DNA of 51,238 nt from a bacterium (lineage in GTDB: Bacteria; CLD3; SB21). The DNA lies in the NCBI GenBank assembly GCA_031402315.1, contig JANNSF010000175.1:1-51238 (forward strand). The letters run 5' to 3'. Position numbers and translations under genes: made by a program. Positions 8,658 to 19,400 of the stretch are shown piece after piece (the stretch's first letter is position 1; each line of letters starts with the position of its first letter). The notes under the pieces were generated by a model. It saw only the letters and a list, made by a program, of their open reading frames with translations. It did no database searches and was not told the origin of the DNA.

Positions 8658-11600
8658 TCACGGCCTGACAACCGGAAAATAGAATTTCGAATACAGATTA
8701 TCCCGGTCTACGGTCGGATGCTGTTGATTCTGTGTCGCTTTCGGTACGCCGTTTGACACATATTCGCGTAATTCGTCCGTCGTGACTTTCCCGTCGCCAT
8801 TGCGATCGGCTCCGCCGGATTTTAGACCGCGAATGATGTATTCTGTGAAATAGCCGTTCTGAATTTCGTCCGACTCGTAGGAAAATTCAGATCCTTGCGA
8901 GGAAGAAAAAACGATGGTACCCGATCGCCGCAAAAGATCATTGTAAATAAAGCGATTTTTCTTATACCAATGGGGATTCGGTTTGTCTTGAGCTAATTTG
9001 AAGCCTCTCACCGAACGCGCTTTTTTACCGGCGATCGCTCCTCCACTTGCTCCCTCCTCTTCCTTTTCACCCGACTCGCACGTGTCCATAAGAAATAGTT
9101 TTTTTCGCGCGGAAAGATTCTGAAATAGGCTTTCGATTCGTTCAAATGCAATTGCCGTCTTCTCCGGGTGGTGCCATTCCGAATTGTAGGCGAGATAATA
9201 ATACGATGCGTCCGCTTCTGCGGAATACATCCCGTGACCCGCTATAAACAGAATGACAATATCTTCCGTCGTTGCGGAATCCAAAAACATTTTGGCCTCG
9301 TCAAACGACGCGGATGAAACACCTTGATCGAGATAGATTCGTGTGCGGACATTGGCGAAGCCCGTATTCATTTTCTTAAACGTCGATTCCAAATCCAAAA
9401 CATCCTTCGCTGCGTACTTGAGATTGATCGTGCTGTCCTGATATTTTGAAACACCGAATCCCAGGAAATAGAGTTCCGGCAATTTTTTTTCCTGATAGTC
9501 GGCAAGTATAAAAGGCCGGTAAGACTCAGTCCCGCGCCGATTTGTGCAACCGATTTCGATTTTATTCGACCCGTTTTGCAAAGTGACGTTCACTTCGATC
9601 GTCGTATCATGACCGGATAACCATTGTTCGGATGCAATGGAAACCGGTACGTCATTGGCAAAAACCTGATAGGCCGACAAAGTGTTTTTTGAATCGGAAA
9701 ATTTTGCACGAATAAAAAAATTTTTGCCGTTTTGTTTCGATTCTAAAATGACAGCCGTTGGCAATTGCAGGTTTTCATCCTGAATTCCTTCTTCCGTGAG
9801 ACCTAACCTCTTGAGACGAATCTGGTAGCGACGATAGAAATGTTCGTTGAGATCATTGGAACCAAGTTTGAACTGTTTCAAAATGGAATCCGGACGATTG
9901 TACCGTGCTGAGAATTGGTCAATGCCGTACGCCGACAGACCCTGAACCATCGCGACAAATTTTCCGCCATTACGCGATGCATCAAAATATCCTTCTTTTG
10001 TAAACATTATCCAATCTTCATTGTCCGCAATCCATGCAACATGATCGCCATTGCGAATATCCCAAAGTCTCACCGTTGCGTCATCGCCGCCGCTCAGCAG
10101 CTTTGCACCATCCCGCGAAAAGCAGAGCGTATTCACAAAATTCGAATGACCTTCGAAGGTCTGAATTAGCGATCCTCCGGGCGTCCAGATCTTAACCGCA
10201 TTTTCCGCCGTGGCCGCCAGACGTCGCCCGTCCGGAGAGAATACGATTTGCCCAAAATTTTTATTCTGAATATTGTTTAGATCCCGGATAAATTTCCCCG
10301 TGCTGTCCCAGAGGCGAATCCCGGGAATATCATTGCAGCTGAGACTGGCAAAATATTTCCCATCGGGTGAAATGGTGACGCTTTCAATAAGCCCGTAATC
10401 TCCGTGTGACATTGATTTCAGCAGTTTTCCATTATAGTCCCAGACTTTTACTTCTCCATAATTTCCCCCGCTGATAATCTTATCGCCGGACACGTCGAGA
10501 CCATTCACTCCCTTATGACCGGACATGGAACGCAAAATTTTACCTGTCGCGATATCCCAAATCCGAACTCGCCCATCCTCCCCGTGCGTTACGTTCGCGC
10601 ACGTGATGATTTTCTTACCGTCCGGAGACGCCCGAAGACCACTCATCGCAACCACCTGATCTTTCCAGTTGGAAATTAATTTTCCCTCCAAATCCCAAGT
10701 CTTTATGTTTCCATCGGCATCTCCGCTCGCGAAATGTTTTCCGTCTCCGATTATTGCGATTCCGATAATGTAATCATCATGCCCCTTGAAGTTCTTAATC
10801 AAACTTCCATCCGAACTCCAGATGCGAATTTGCTTATCCCAGCTTCCGCTGATGAAATATTTTTCGTCCGGAGTCATCGCGACGGACTGAATCCAATGTC
10901 CGCCTTCGCCGGGTCCTTTTGCTTCCCCCAGTGTTTTTTGCAAAAGCCCGGTCCGGTCCCAAATCTTAAAGGTATGATCGTAGCTCGTACTGATAATGTT
11001 TTTTTCATCCGGTGAAAGCGCGATGCAGGACATCGCTTCTTTATGACCGGAGGGAATAGCCTTCGTGAGTTTACCTTCTGTGCTCCAAACTCGGATCATC
11101 TTATCATATCCCGCACTCAATAAAGTTTTTCCGTCTCTTGAAAAGACAAGACTGTAAATATTTTCGGAAGGATTGTAGAGCGTACGAATAATTTTTCCAT
11201 TCGAACTGAAAATCTGAATGACGTTTCTCCAGCCGCTTACTGCAATTTCTTTTCCATCCGGCGAAAAGCGAACTTCAGAAATTTTATTGCCGAAATTTCC
11301 AAACGTCTGAAACTCATGTGAGGCAACATCCCATAGCATTATTTTGAAATCTTCACTACCGCTCACTATTTGTTTCCCGTCCGGTGAAATGTCAAGTGAA
11401 GTCACGAGCGCTGTATGCGCCTTCCTTTGAAATTCCACTTCACCCTCAGTGGTCAGTACGCCGACCGACGTATTCGCCGAAAAAGTAAACCGGTTTCCGT
11501 CCGGAAAGAATTTCAATCGTGTTACAGGACCTTCCACATAGAAAGATTGTACGTGATTTCCATAGACACTCCACGATTCGACTGTCGGACTTGCGCCTCC

Positions 11601-11861
11601 CAGGATAAGTGACTGTCCATCCGGCGAAATATCGAGACACCAGACATTGTCACTCGCGTGAATGGTTCGCAGGAGCCGTCCATCCATCGTCCAGAGTTTT
11701 ACCGTCCGATCGGATCCTGCGGTCGCAAAAAAATTGCCGTCCGGTGAAAAGCATACGAATGAAACACCCCCGCCATGCCCCTCCTGCAAGGTCATTTCAA
11801 TCGGGAATTTTTGTGAAAAGACACTTGCGACCGAACAAAGTGCTAGTAAGATTCGCTTCAT
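8658..11861 (-). CDS. Secreted multi-WD40 beta-propeller protein with C-terminal caspase-like (peptidase C14) domain
   Basis: The start is set at MKRILLALCSVASVFS (Sec-type signal, ATG at 11861), although the ORF is open to 11948. About 580 aa carry WD40-like repeats (..SPDG..L.SGS.D.T...W.). An Ig-like linker follows. The C14 domain shows the His/Cys dyad contexts LFIAGHG and FLMDTCESG. Confidence 0.8.
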   Translation of the reverse strand: MKRILLALCSVASVFSQKFPIEMTLQEGHGGGVSFVCFSPDGNFFATAGSDRTVKLWTMDGRLLRTIHASDNVWCLDISPDGQSLILGGASPTVESWSVYGNHVQSFYVEGPVTRLKFFPDGNRFTFSANTSVGVLTTEGEVEFQRKAHTALVTSLDISPDGKQIVSGSEDFKIMLWDVASHEFQTFGNFGNKISEVRFSPDGKEIAVSGWRNVIQIFSSNGKIIRTLYNPSENIYSLVFSRDGKTLLSAGYDKMIRVWSTEGKLTKAIPSGHKEAMSCIALSPDEKNIISTSYDHTFKIWDRTGLLQKTLGEAKGPGEGGHWIQSVAMTPDEKYFISGSWDKQIRIWSSDGSLIKNFKGHDDYIIGIAIIGDGKHFASGDADGNIKTWDLEGKLISNWKDQVVAMSGLRASPDGKKIITCANVTHGEDGRVRIWDIATGKILRSMSGHKGVNGLDVSGDKIISGGNYGEVKVWDYNGKLLKSMSHGDYGLIESVTISPDGKYFASLSCNDIPGIRLWDSTGKFIRDLNNIQNKNFGQIVFSPDGRRLAATAENAVKIWTPGGSLIQTFEGHSNFVNTLCFSRDGAKLLSGGDDATVRLWDIRNGDHVAWIADNEDWIMFTKEGYFDASRNGGKFVAMVQGLSAYGIDQFSARYNRPDSILKQFKLGSNDLNEHFYRRYQIRLKRLGLTEEGIQDENLQLPTAVILESKQNGKNFFIRAKFSDSKNTLSAYQVFANDVPVSIASEQWLSGHDTTIEVNVTLQNGSNKIEIGCTNRRGTESYRPFILADYQEKKLPELYFLGFGVSKYQDSTINLKYAAKDVLDLESTFKKMNTGFANVRTRIYLDQGVSSASFDEAKMFLDSATTEDIVILFIAGHGMYSAEADASYYYLAYNSEWHHPEKTAIAFERIESLFQNLSARKKLFLMDTCESGEKEEEGASGGAIAGKKARSVRGFKLAQDKPNPHWYKKNRFIYNDLLRRSGTIVFSSSQGSEFSYESDEIQNGYFTEYIIRGLKSGGADRNGDGKVTTDELREYVSNGVPKATQNQQHPTVDRDNLYSKFYFPVVRP

Positions 11862-12033
11862 GAAAGATGCACCTGATTTATATTTGTCAAAACTATCAAT
11901 TTTATGATATGAAGGCAATTGAATATGAGGAGCACTATTGTGGTCCATGCCTTTGCCTTTGGACTGCCAATCTTATTGACAGTTGTGGAATACTGTTCTA
12001 AGTTTAGCCTACGCATTTATAATTCATTTGACC

Positions 12034-15000
12034 ATGACGCTATCTTTTTTTCATCACAAGCTTCTGTTGCGTTTTATACTAAAAAATTTTTTTATAGTTG
12101 TCGGATTAACATCGCAGTCCCCCTCCCACGCACAGGATTCCGAACGATCAATTTCCCAATATGTTCACGACGTCTGGACGGCCGAACAGGGGCTTCCGCA
12201 AAACACTGTTTTCTCCATCGTTCAATCACGTGAAGGCTATATCTGGTTCGGTACGTTTGAAGGTCTCGTGCGATTTGACGGACTGCGATTCACAATATTT
12301 GATCATTCCAATACGCCGGAAATGACCGACAACTGGATCACGGCGCTTTACGAAGATCGTGACGGCCGTCTGTGGATAGGAGGCGGATCGGATCGTGCAT
12401 ATACGCCCAATAGCAGTAACGTCGGCATGCTGCTTATGCTCCAGAATGGTAAATTCACATCCTACGGAATCCGTGATGGTCTGTCTAATTCTTTCATCAA
12501 TGCGATCACTGAAGACAAGGATGGCCACTTGTGGATTGGCACTCGCAATGGCTTACTTCTGTTTAATCCATCCCTTTCTGCTACTCCGAAATTTACCGCA
12601 TATTTTGCGAAAGACGGCCTACCCCATAACTATGTCTCATCTCTTTGCCCGGACCGGACCGGGTCGCTTTGGATAGGAACATTAGGCGGGATATCAGAAG
12701 TTGAAATGTCTGTGGATGGAAAAATAAATTTTCGATCGTCTTACTTTTCCGGACCAACTGCAATCCAGATTCACGCGCTGATGCAGGACGACTCTGGGAG
12801 CCTGTGGGTTGGATCGAACAAGGGCCTTTTTAGAATTTCTCGGGACACAAGAACGGTGAGCTACACCGTAAAAAACGGACTGTCTCATAACGTTGTAACT
12901 TCTCTAATGAAGGATGTTTCAGGAAGCGTTTGGATTGGAACGTATGGAGGCGGTATTAATCGGCTCAATCCTAAAGACCCTCGCGAAACATTCTCCGTTT
13001 ATGGAATGAAGGAGGGGTTAAGCGAAAATATTATCCACTGTATATTTGAAGACCGCGAAGGAGGTATTTGGATTGGAACCCGAACCGGAGGACTCAATCG
13101 ATTGCGTATTGGAAAGATGATTACCTATAATAAAAAGAGCGGCATGTCCGGGGACGAGGTCAATACTCTTATCGAAGATTCCAAGGGTATCCTGTGGTTT
13201 GGAAATTACAACGAAGGAGGACTCAATCGATTAGACAATGGCCAATTTAGTGTCCTCACCGTCACGAATGGAATGGCCGATAATAATATTCGTTCCCTCT
13301 GCGAAAGCAGTGACGGCGGCTTGTGGATAGGCACTATTACTTCAGGGCTAAATTATTACAAGAACGGAAAATTCAAAACGTACACGACCAAAGACGGCTT
13401 GGGTAGTAATAGTATTGCGTCGATTTTTGAGGACGAAGGCCGAACCTGGATAGGTACAAATAATGGTCTAAATCTTATTGAGAATGGTCGCTTTTCGCTG
13501 TTCAAAACAAAGGACGGACTATGCAGTGACCTTATTAGAATTCTCTATAAAGATCGGAATGGCCGACTATGGATCGGAACGAATGCCGGATTAAGCCTGT
13601 TGCACCATGGAAAACTCTATTGTTTTAATACGACGAATGGACTATCGGCGAATTTAATTCGCAGTATCTACGAAGATCAGGACGGCGCCATTTGGATTGG
13701 GACGCAAGGCGGCGGACTTAATAGGATTAGGCCCGACAGCGCGTTTGCGAGTGATCCCTCCTCCCTCCGAAAAGAGCAAATAACTTCCTATACAGTGCGT
13801 GATGGACTATTTGATAATAGTGTCTTTTCTATCCTGGATGATGATTTGGGTTATTTTTGGATGAGTTGTAATAAAGGAATCTATCGGGTTAGTAAACAAC
13901 AATTAAAAGACTATGACGAACGAAAAATAGCAGGATTACAATGCACGGTCTATGGCACAGCCGATGGTATGGTCAATCAGGAGTGTAATAGCCTGGCATG
14001 GAAAGCGCGCAACGGCTGGCTTTGGTTTCCTACCGTCAAAGGCGCCGTAGCTGTTGATCCGAAAAACATCAAGATCAACACTATCCCGCCGCCGGTCGTC
14101 ATTGAAAAAATCGTAATCGATGGAGAAATGTTTAAGCCGAGTGACAACATTGTCATTCCTGCGGGAAAAAATAATGTCGAATTCCATTTCACCGGCTTGA
14201 GTTTTTCTGCAACGGAAAAAGTGCAATTCAAATATAGGTTGGAAGGATTTGACGACGACTGGATCTCAGCCCAAACGCGGCGGGTAGCCTATTATACCAA
14301 AATTACGGACGGTAGCCACATATTCCATGTCACGGCCTGCAATCAAGATGGTGTTTGGAATGAAATCGGCACGTCCGTCAAAGTAAGCGTACTGCCGCCG
14401 TTTTGGAAAGCCCGATGGTTTCAGACACTGCTCGTGCTCACACTGATCGGAAGCGCATTTATGATCTATACGATTCGAATCCGATCGATAGAGCTTGAAA
14501 AAATAAAACTTCAGAAGCTTGTCAATCAGCGCACTCAGGAATTGCAAAATCAGACACACCGGTTGGAGGGCGCCTTGAAGCAACTCAGCGGTGCCCAAGT
14601 TCAGCTTGTTCAATCTGAGAAGATGGCATCTCTGGGCCAGATGGTTGCCGGAATTGCGCATGAAATTAATAATCCACTGTCCTTCATCTACGGCAATCTT
14701 CAATTTATGGAACACGCGTTTAAAAAATTTGAAGCGAAGGAAGCCTCCATGTCCGATGTCTTAGATGCTCTGAACGGTTCCTTGAACGGCAGTACCCGCA
14801 TTAAACAAATCGTGGAGAAGTTGAAGAGTTTTTCAAACACGGATCAGGCTGTCATTAAAGAAACTTTGATCAATAAGGATCTGGAGGCCATTCTGGATCT
14901 TTTTGTGATGCATGAAGAACACCTGGTGATCGAAACTAAATTTGACAAACAACTGGACACCGTCAAAACATGTCATAATGTAGCCAATATCAATCGTTGT

Positions 15001-15342
15001 TTTTACAATGTGCTCCGTAATTCAATACAAGCCATTCGCGAGGCCGAGTCAACGGGTAAACTCGAGGTCGGTGGTGGCAAGATAGTGATCACGACGGCTT
15101 TGGTGGATCGGCATTGGAGCGTAAGTATATTGGATAATGGAATTGGTATCGCACCCGAAATTATAGACAAAATTTTCGATCCGTTCTTTACAACACGCAC
15201 GGTTGGTCGGGGAGAAGGGCTTGGTCTATCGGAAGTTTACGGTATTATAAAAACTCACGGAGGCCGGATTGATGCCGACAGTAAGCCCGGAAAGGGGACG
15301 GAGATCAGCATGACAGTTCCATTGACAGTGACTGGGAGTTAA
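12034..15342 (+). CDS. Sensor histidine kinase with periplasmic two-component-regulator-propeller repeats and a Y_Y_Y domain; no receiver domain
   Basis: Many Reg_prop-type repeats (GLP.N.V.SI..D..G.IWIGT..GL.R). Y_Y_Y region FKYRLEGFDDDW. One TM helix (WFQTLLVLTLIGSAFMIYTI). H-box AGIAHEINNPL. HATPase motifs DNGIGI and GEGLGLS. The start is set at the ATG at 12034, and the ORF is open from 11983. Confidence 0.85.
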   Translation: MTLSFFHHKLLLRFILKNFFIVVGLTSQSPSHAQDSERSISQYVHDVWTAEQGLPQNTVFSIVQSREGYIWFGTFEGLVRFDGLRFTIFDHSNTPEMTDNWITALYEDRDGRLWIGGGSDRAYTPNSSNVGMLLMLQNGKFTSYGIRDGLSNSFINAITEDKDGHLWIGTRNGLLLFNPSLSATPKFTAYFAKDGLPHNYVSSLCPDRTGSLWIGTLGGISEVEMSVDGKINFRSSYFSGPTAIQIHALMQDDSGSLWVGSNKGLFRISRDTRTVSYTVKNGLSHNVVTSLMKDVSGSVWIGTYGGGINRLNPKDPRETFSVYGMKEGLSENIIHCIFEDREGGIWIGTRTGGLNRLRIGKMITYNKKSGMSGDEVNTLIEDSKGILWFGNYNEGGLNRLDNGQFSVLTVTNGMADNNIRSLCESSDGGLWIGTITSGLNYYKNGKFKTYTTKDGLGSNSIASIFEDEGRTWIGTNNGLNLIENGRFSLFKTKDGLCSDLIRILYKDRNGRLWIGTNAGLSLLHHGKLYCFNTTNGLSANLIRSIYEDQDGAIWIGTQGGGLNRIRPDSAFASDPSSLRKEQITSYTVRDGLFDNSVFSILDDDLGYFWMSCNKGIYRVSKQQLKDYDERKIAGLQCTVYGTADGMVNQECNSLAWKARNGWLWFPTVKGAVAVDPKNIKINTIPPPVVIEKIVIDGEMFKPSDNIVIPAGKNNVEFHFTGLSFSATEKVQFKYRLEGFDDDWISAQTRRVAYYTKITDGSHIFHVTACNQDGVWNEIGTSVKVSVLPPFWKARWFQTLLVLTLIGSAFMIYTIRIRSIELEKIKLQKLVNQRTQELQNQTHRLEGALKQLSGAQVQLVQSEKMASLGQMVAGIAHEINNPLSFIYGNLQFMEHAFKKFEAKEASMSDVLDALNGSLNGSTRIKQIVEKLKSFSNTDQAVIKETLINKDLEAILDLFVMHEEHLVIETKFDKQLDTVKTCHNVANINRCFYNVLRNSIQAIREAESTGKLEVGGGKIVITTALVDRHWSVSILDNGIGIAPEIIDKIFDPFFTTRTVGRGEGLGLSEVYGIIKTHGGRIDADSKPGKGTEISMTVPLTVTGS

Positions 15343-15383
15343 TTTTTCAAACATTTTTCATTTTTTTTCGTTAGAATTGCAAT

Positions 15384-16460
15384 ATGAAGAAAATTCTGAA
15401 GCCCGTTCTGATCCTCTCGATGGTGTCCTTTTTTGTTTGGCTCACGTACTCCCGCATCACATCCGGGCAAGCCCAATCTTTTCAAGCGGCCAGCAACCGT
15501 CCTTCGCCCGTAAAAGCGATGATTGCGAGAACGACGACTCTGGATAATAAACTGGAAGCGATCGGCTCCATCCTTGCCAACGAAGAAGTTGAATTAAAAA
15601 GCGAGATCACCGGTCGTGTTCAAAAGATTTATTTTAACGAAGGGCGTAGCGTTCGGCAAGGGGAACTGCTTGTGAAAATTAATGATGCCGAATTGCAGGC
15701 ACAACTCGCACGCTCAGAATCGAAAAAGAAACTTGCGGAATCACAAGAGGCGCGCCAACGAATGCTCTCTGAAAAAAGCGTCATCAGCCAAAACGAATAC
15801 GATATTGCACTGAATGAGCTGACGGTTGTAAAAGCGGATATTGAAGTCATCAAAGCTCAAATCGCCAAGACGGAAATCCGTGCTCCCTTTGACGGCATGA
15901 TCGGACTCAAATATATATCCGAGGGTAGCTACATTGCACCTACCAATCGAATCGCAAGTCTGCAAAATCGCAATTCCGTAAAAATTGACTTTACAATTCC
16001 TGAGAAATATTCGGCCGCTGTAAAAATCGGTGATCTCATCGAATTTACCGTCGAAGGGCAGCAACAAATATTTAAAGGAAAGGTTTACGCGATCGAACCG
16101 AAAATCGATCCCGTAACTCGTAGTTTGCCGCTTCGGGCTATGGCAACGGCCGATATCAAGATACTACCGGGCGCATTTGCCAATATCTCGCTCTACATGA
16201 GTGAACAACCCAAGGCGCTCATGATACCTACACAAGCTTTGATTCCGGAACTCAAAGGTCAACGTGTTTTTATTTACCAAGCCGGAAGAGCGATGTCTCA
16301 GAAAGTGAAAACGGGGATTCGCACGAGCGATCTCGTTCAGATAACGGATGGCCTCAAAGCCGGCGATACGGTGATCGTCTCCGGCACCATGCAGCTGCGT
16401 CACAATATGCCGATTCAAATCGAGTCCTTTGTTCAATCCACGCGCGACGTTCTTCCGTAA
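15384..16460 (+). CDS. Efflux RND transporter periplasmic adaptor (membrane fusion protein)
   Basis: 358 aa with a signal anchor, a coiled-coil hairpin (AELQAQLARSESKKKLAESQEARQR) and lipoyl/beta-barrel segments typical of the HlyD/AcrA family. It lies directly upstream of the RND permease. Confidence 0.9.
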   Translation: MKKILKPVLILSMVSFFVWLTYSRITSGQAQSFQAASNRPSPVKAMIARTTTLDNKLEAIGSILANEEVELKSEITGRVQKIYFNEGRSVRQGELLVKINDAELQAQLARSESKKKLAESQEARQRMLSEKSVISQNEYDIALNELTVVKADIEVIKAQIAKTEIRAPFDGMIGLKYISEGSYIAPTNRIASLQNRNSVKIDFTIPEKYSAAVKIGDLIEFTVEGQQQIFKGKVYAIEPKIDPVTRSLPLRAMATADIKILPGAFANISLYMSEQPKALMIPTQALIPELKGQRVFIYQAGRAMSQKVKTGIRTSDLVQITDGLKAGDTVIVSGTMQLRHNMPIQIESFVQSTRDVLP

Positions 16461-16490
16461 AACGTTTCGATCGTTAGCGAAAGCTTTGCC

Positions 16491-19400
16491 ATGAGCCTTT
16501 CAGAAACCTGCATCCGCCGTCCCGTTCTAGCGATAGTGCTCAATCTGGGAATTATTCTGTTTGGGGCTATCGGATTCACTTTCCTCGGCGTCCGGGAATA
16601 CCCTTCGATTGATCCGCCGGTCATTACCGTTCGAACGAGTTATACCGGTGCCAATGCCGATGTCATTGAGTCGCAAATCACGGAACCTCTAGAAAAGTCA
16701 ATCAATGGTATAGCCGGCATTCGACTCATATCCTCCGCGAGCAATCAAGGTTCCAGCAACATAACCGTCGAATTTAATCTCGAAATTGATCTCGAGACCG
16801 CGGCGAATGATGTGCGTGATAAGGTTTCTCAAGCGCTGCGCCAATTGCCCCAAGACATTGACGCCCCTCCGGTCGTTACCAAGGCCGATGCTAATTCGGA
16901 CGCCATCATTTCAATGACTGTTCAAAGCGACATTCGAAACATTCTTGAATTGAGTGATTTTGCTGAAAATTTTATTGGCGAACGCCTTCAAACTATTCCC
17001 GGCGTTAGTTCCGTTCAAATATGGGGTCAGAAACGTTATGCGATGAGGATCTGGATGGATCCTGAAAAACTTTCTTCGTATCAGTTGTCACCTCTTGACG
17101 TGCGGTCCGCGCTAGACCGGGAGAATGTCGACGCCCCAAGCGGAAAAATTTATGGTGATCAGACCGAACTCTCGATTCGCACCAAAGGACGACTGACGAC
17201 CGAAGAAGAGTTTAATAATCTTATTATTTCGTCCACCGGGCAACGGACCATACGCCTCAAAGACATTGGCTACGCAATTCTCGGCCCGGAAAATGAGGAA
17301 ACCGTTTTGAAGCAGTCCGGCCAACCAATGGTAGGCGTGGCACTCATTCCCCAACCGGGCTCCAATTACGTGGAGATCGCTGAGGAATTTTATAAGCGCG
17401 TGGATCAATTGAAAAAGGATGTGCCCTCCGACTATCGCCTAAATCTCGCGCTGGACAATACGCGCTTCGTAAAGCGCTCGATAAAGGAAGTTGAAGAAAC
17501 TCTTCTTATTGCGGTCGCGCTCGTGGTGCTCATTGTATTTCTGTTCTTCCGGGATTGGGTTGTCGCGATACGACCTCTTATCGATATACCCGTTTCCCTT
17601 ATTGGGGCTTTTTTCATCATGTACATCGCCGATTTTTCTGTAAATATCCTAACCCTACTGGCGATTGTTTTGGCGACCGGTCTGGTCGTGGACGATGGCA
17701 TCGTCGTGACCGAAAATATATTTAAAAAAATCGAGAACGGTCTATCCCCGATGGAAGCAGCTTTTAAGGGATCGCGCGAGATATTTTTTGCGGTCATCTC
17801 CACGTCGATCACCCTGGCGGCGGTGTTTTTACCGGTTATCTTCTTACAAGGATTCGTCGGGCGTTTATTTAGGGAATTTGGTGTCGTGATTGCAGGCGCG
17901 GTTTTGATTTCCGCTTTTGTATCATTGACACTTACGCCCATGCTCAGTTCACGCATGTTTAGAAAGAATAAGAAACATACGCGGTTTTATGAAATGACCG
18001 AGCCTTTTTTTGTCTATATGACCGATGCCTATCGGCGTTCTCTTGAAAAATTTATTTCCAGAAAATTTATCTCCATAGGCATTGTCGTTGCCGCCATTGT
18101 TTTGATTTTCGTGGTTGGTGCTTTCTTACCGTCCGAATTAGCGCCATTAGAAGATCGGAGTTTAATTCGGCTCTCCGTTACGGCCCCCGAAGGGGCATCG
18201 TTTGACTACACGGATCGATTCCTAAATGAAATTGTAGCACTGGTAAATGACTCCATTCCTGAGAAGAGGATTTTTCTGACGGTCACTGCGCCCGGCTTTG
18301 CCGGATCGGGTGCTCCCAATACCGGTTTCGGTCGCTTGGTATTGACAGAGCCTGATCAGCGCAATCGCTCGCAGCAACAAATCGCCGGCATACTAGGAGC
18401 AAAAGTCAGAAATTATCCTGACGCTCGCACGTTCATCCTTCAGGAACAGACTATTTCCGCTGGCGGTGGCGGTCGCGGCGGACTGCCTATTCAATTCGTA
18501 ATTCAGGCGCAATCGTTTGATAAATTGAAAGACGTTCTTCCAAAATTTTTGGAAGAAGTCTCAAAAGATCCAACGTTCCAGGGGTTTGACGCCAACCTGA
18601 AATTCAATCGGCCCGAACTGCAGGTTTCGATCGATCGCAATCGCGCGCGCAGCCTTGGAATTTCAATTGCCGATGTCGCCCAAACCATGCGCCTTGCATT
18701 GTCCGGTCAGCGGTTTGGCTATTTTGTGATGAATGGCAAACAATATCAGATCATAGGACAAGTCGCGCGCGAATTTCGCGACGAACCGCTTGATTTAAAG
18801 TCTCTAAATGTGCGAACGCGTGACGGACAAATGGTTCAACTGGATAATCTGGTTACTGTATCCGAGCAAAGCGGTCCTCCGCAATTGTACCATTATAATC
18901 GCTACCAGTCAGCAACCATTTCGGCCGGAATTGCGCCCGGAAAAACAATGGGCGAAGGAATTGAGGCTATGAGAGTTATTGGAAAGAAGATTCTGGATGA
19001 TACGTTCAGCACGGCTCTGGCCGGACCTTCACGTGACTATGCCGAAAGTTCATCGAATATTCTTTTCGCGTTTTTTCTTGCGTTGATATTGATCTACCTT
19101 GTTCTGGCAGCCCAGTTTGAAAGCTTTCTCGATCCGTTTATTATTATGTTGACGGTGCCTCTGGCGCTTGCGGGAGCCGTTCTATCCCTTTGGTATTTTA
19201 ACCAATCGTTGAATATTTTTAGTCAGATCGGTATGATCATGCTCATTGGTCTGGTAACTAAAAATGGAATTTTGATTGTAGAATTTGCAAATCAACTTCG
19301 TGAAAAAGGCAATTCCCTGCGAGATTCCATTCTTGAAGGCTCCACGCTTCGGCTACGACCTATCGTCATGACAACGCTGTCAACTATATTAGGGGCGCTC

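Noticed and set aside
8760-8815. EF-hand-like loop (DRNGDGKVTTDEL) as a separate calcium-sensor domain of the WD40-caspase protein
   Set aside because: As I recall, a D-x-N/D-x-DG-x-I/V-x3-EL loop is a common feature at the C-terminal end of bacterial C14 domains. It is not treated as a distinct or unusual domain.
11862-12233. N-terminal extensions of the WD40-caspase ORF (to 11948) and the kinase ORF (from 11983), and ORF 11919-12233
   Set aside because: Internal ATGs at 11861 and 12034 give proper signal and anchor sequences and leave a sensible divergent promoter region. The extensions would overlap each other's upstream DNA. They are kept only as alternative starts.
17432-17956. 174-aa antisense ORF within the RND permease gene
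   Set aside because: It lies inside a well-supported 1,037-aa AcrB-type ORF and has no motifs. The same reasoning applies to 27379-27966 in the hydrolase gene and 38827-39246 in the dehydrogenase gene.
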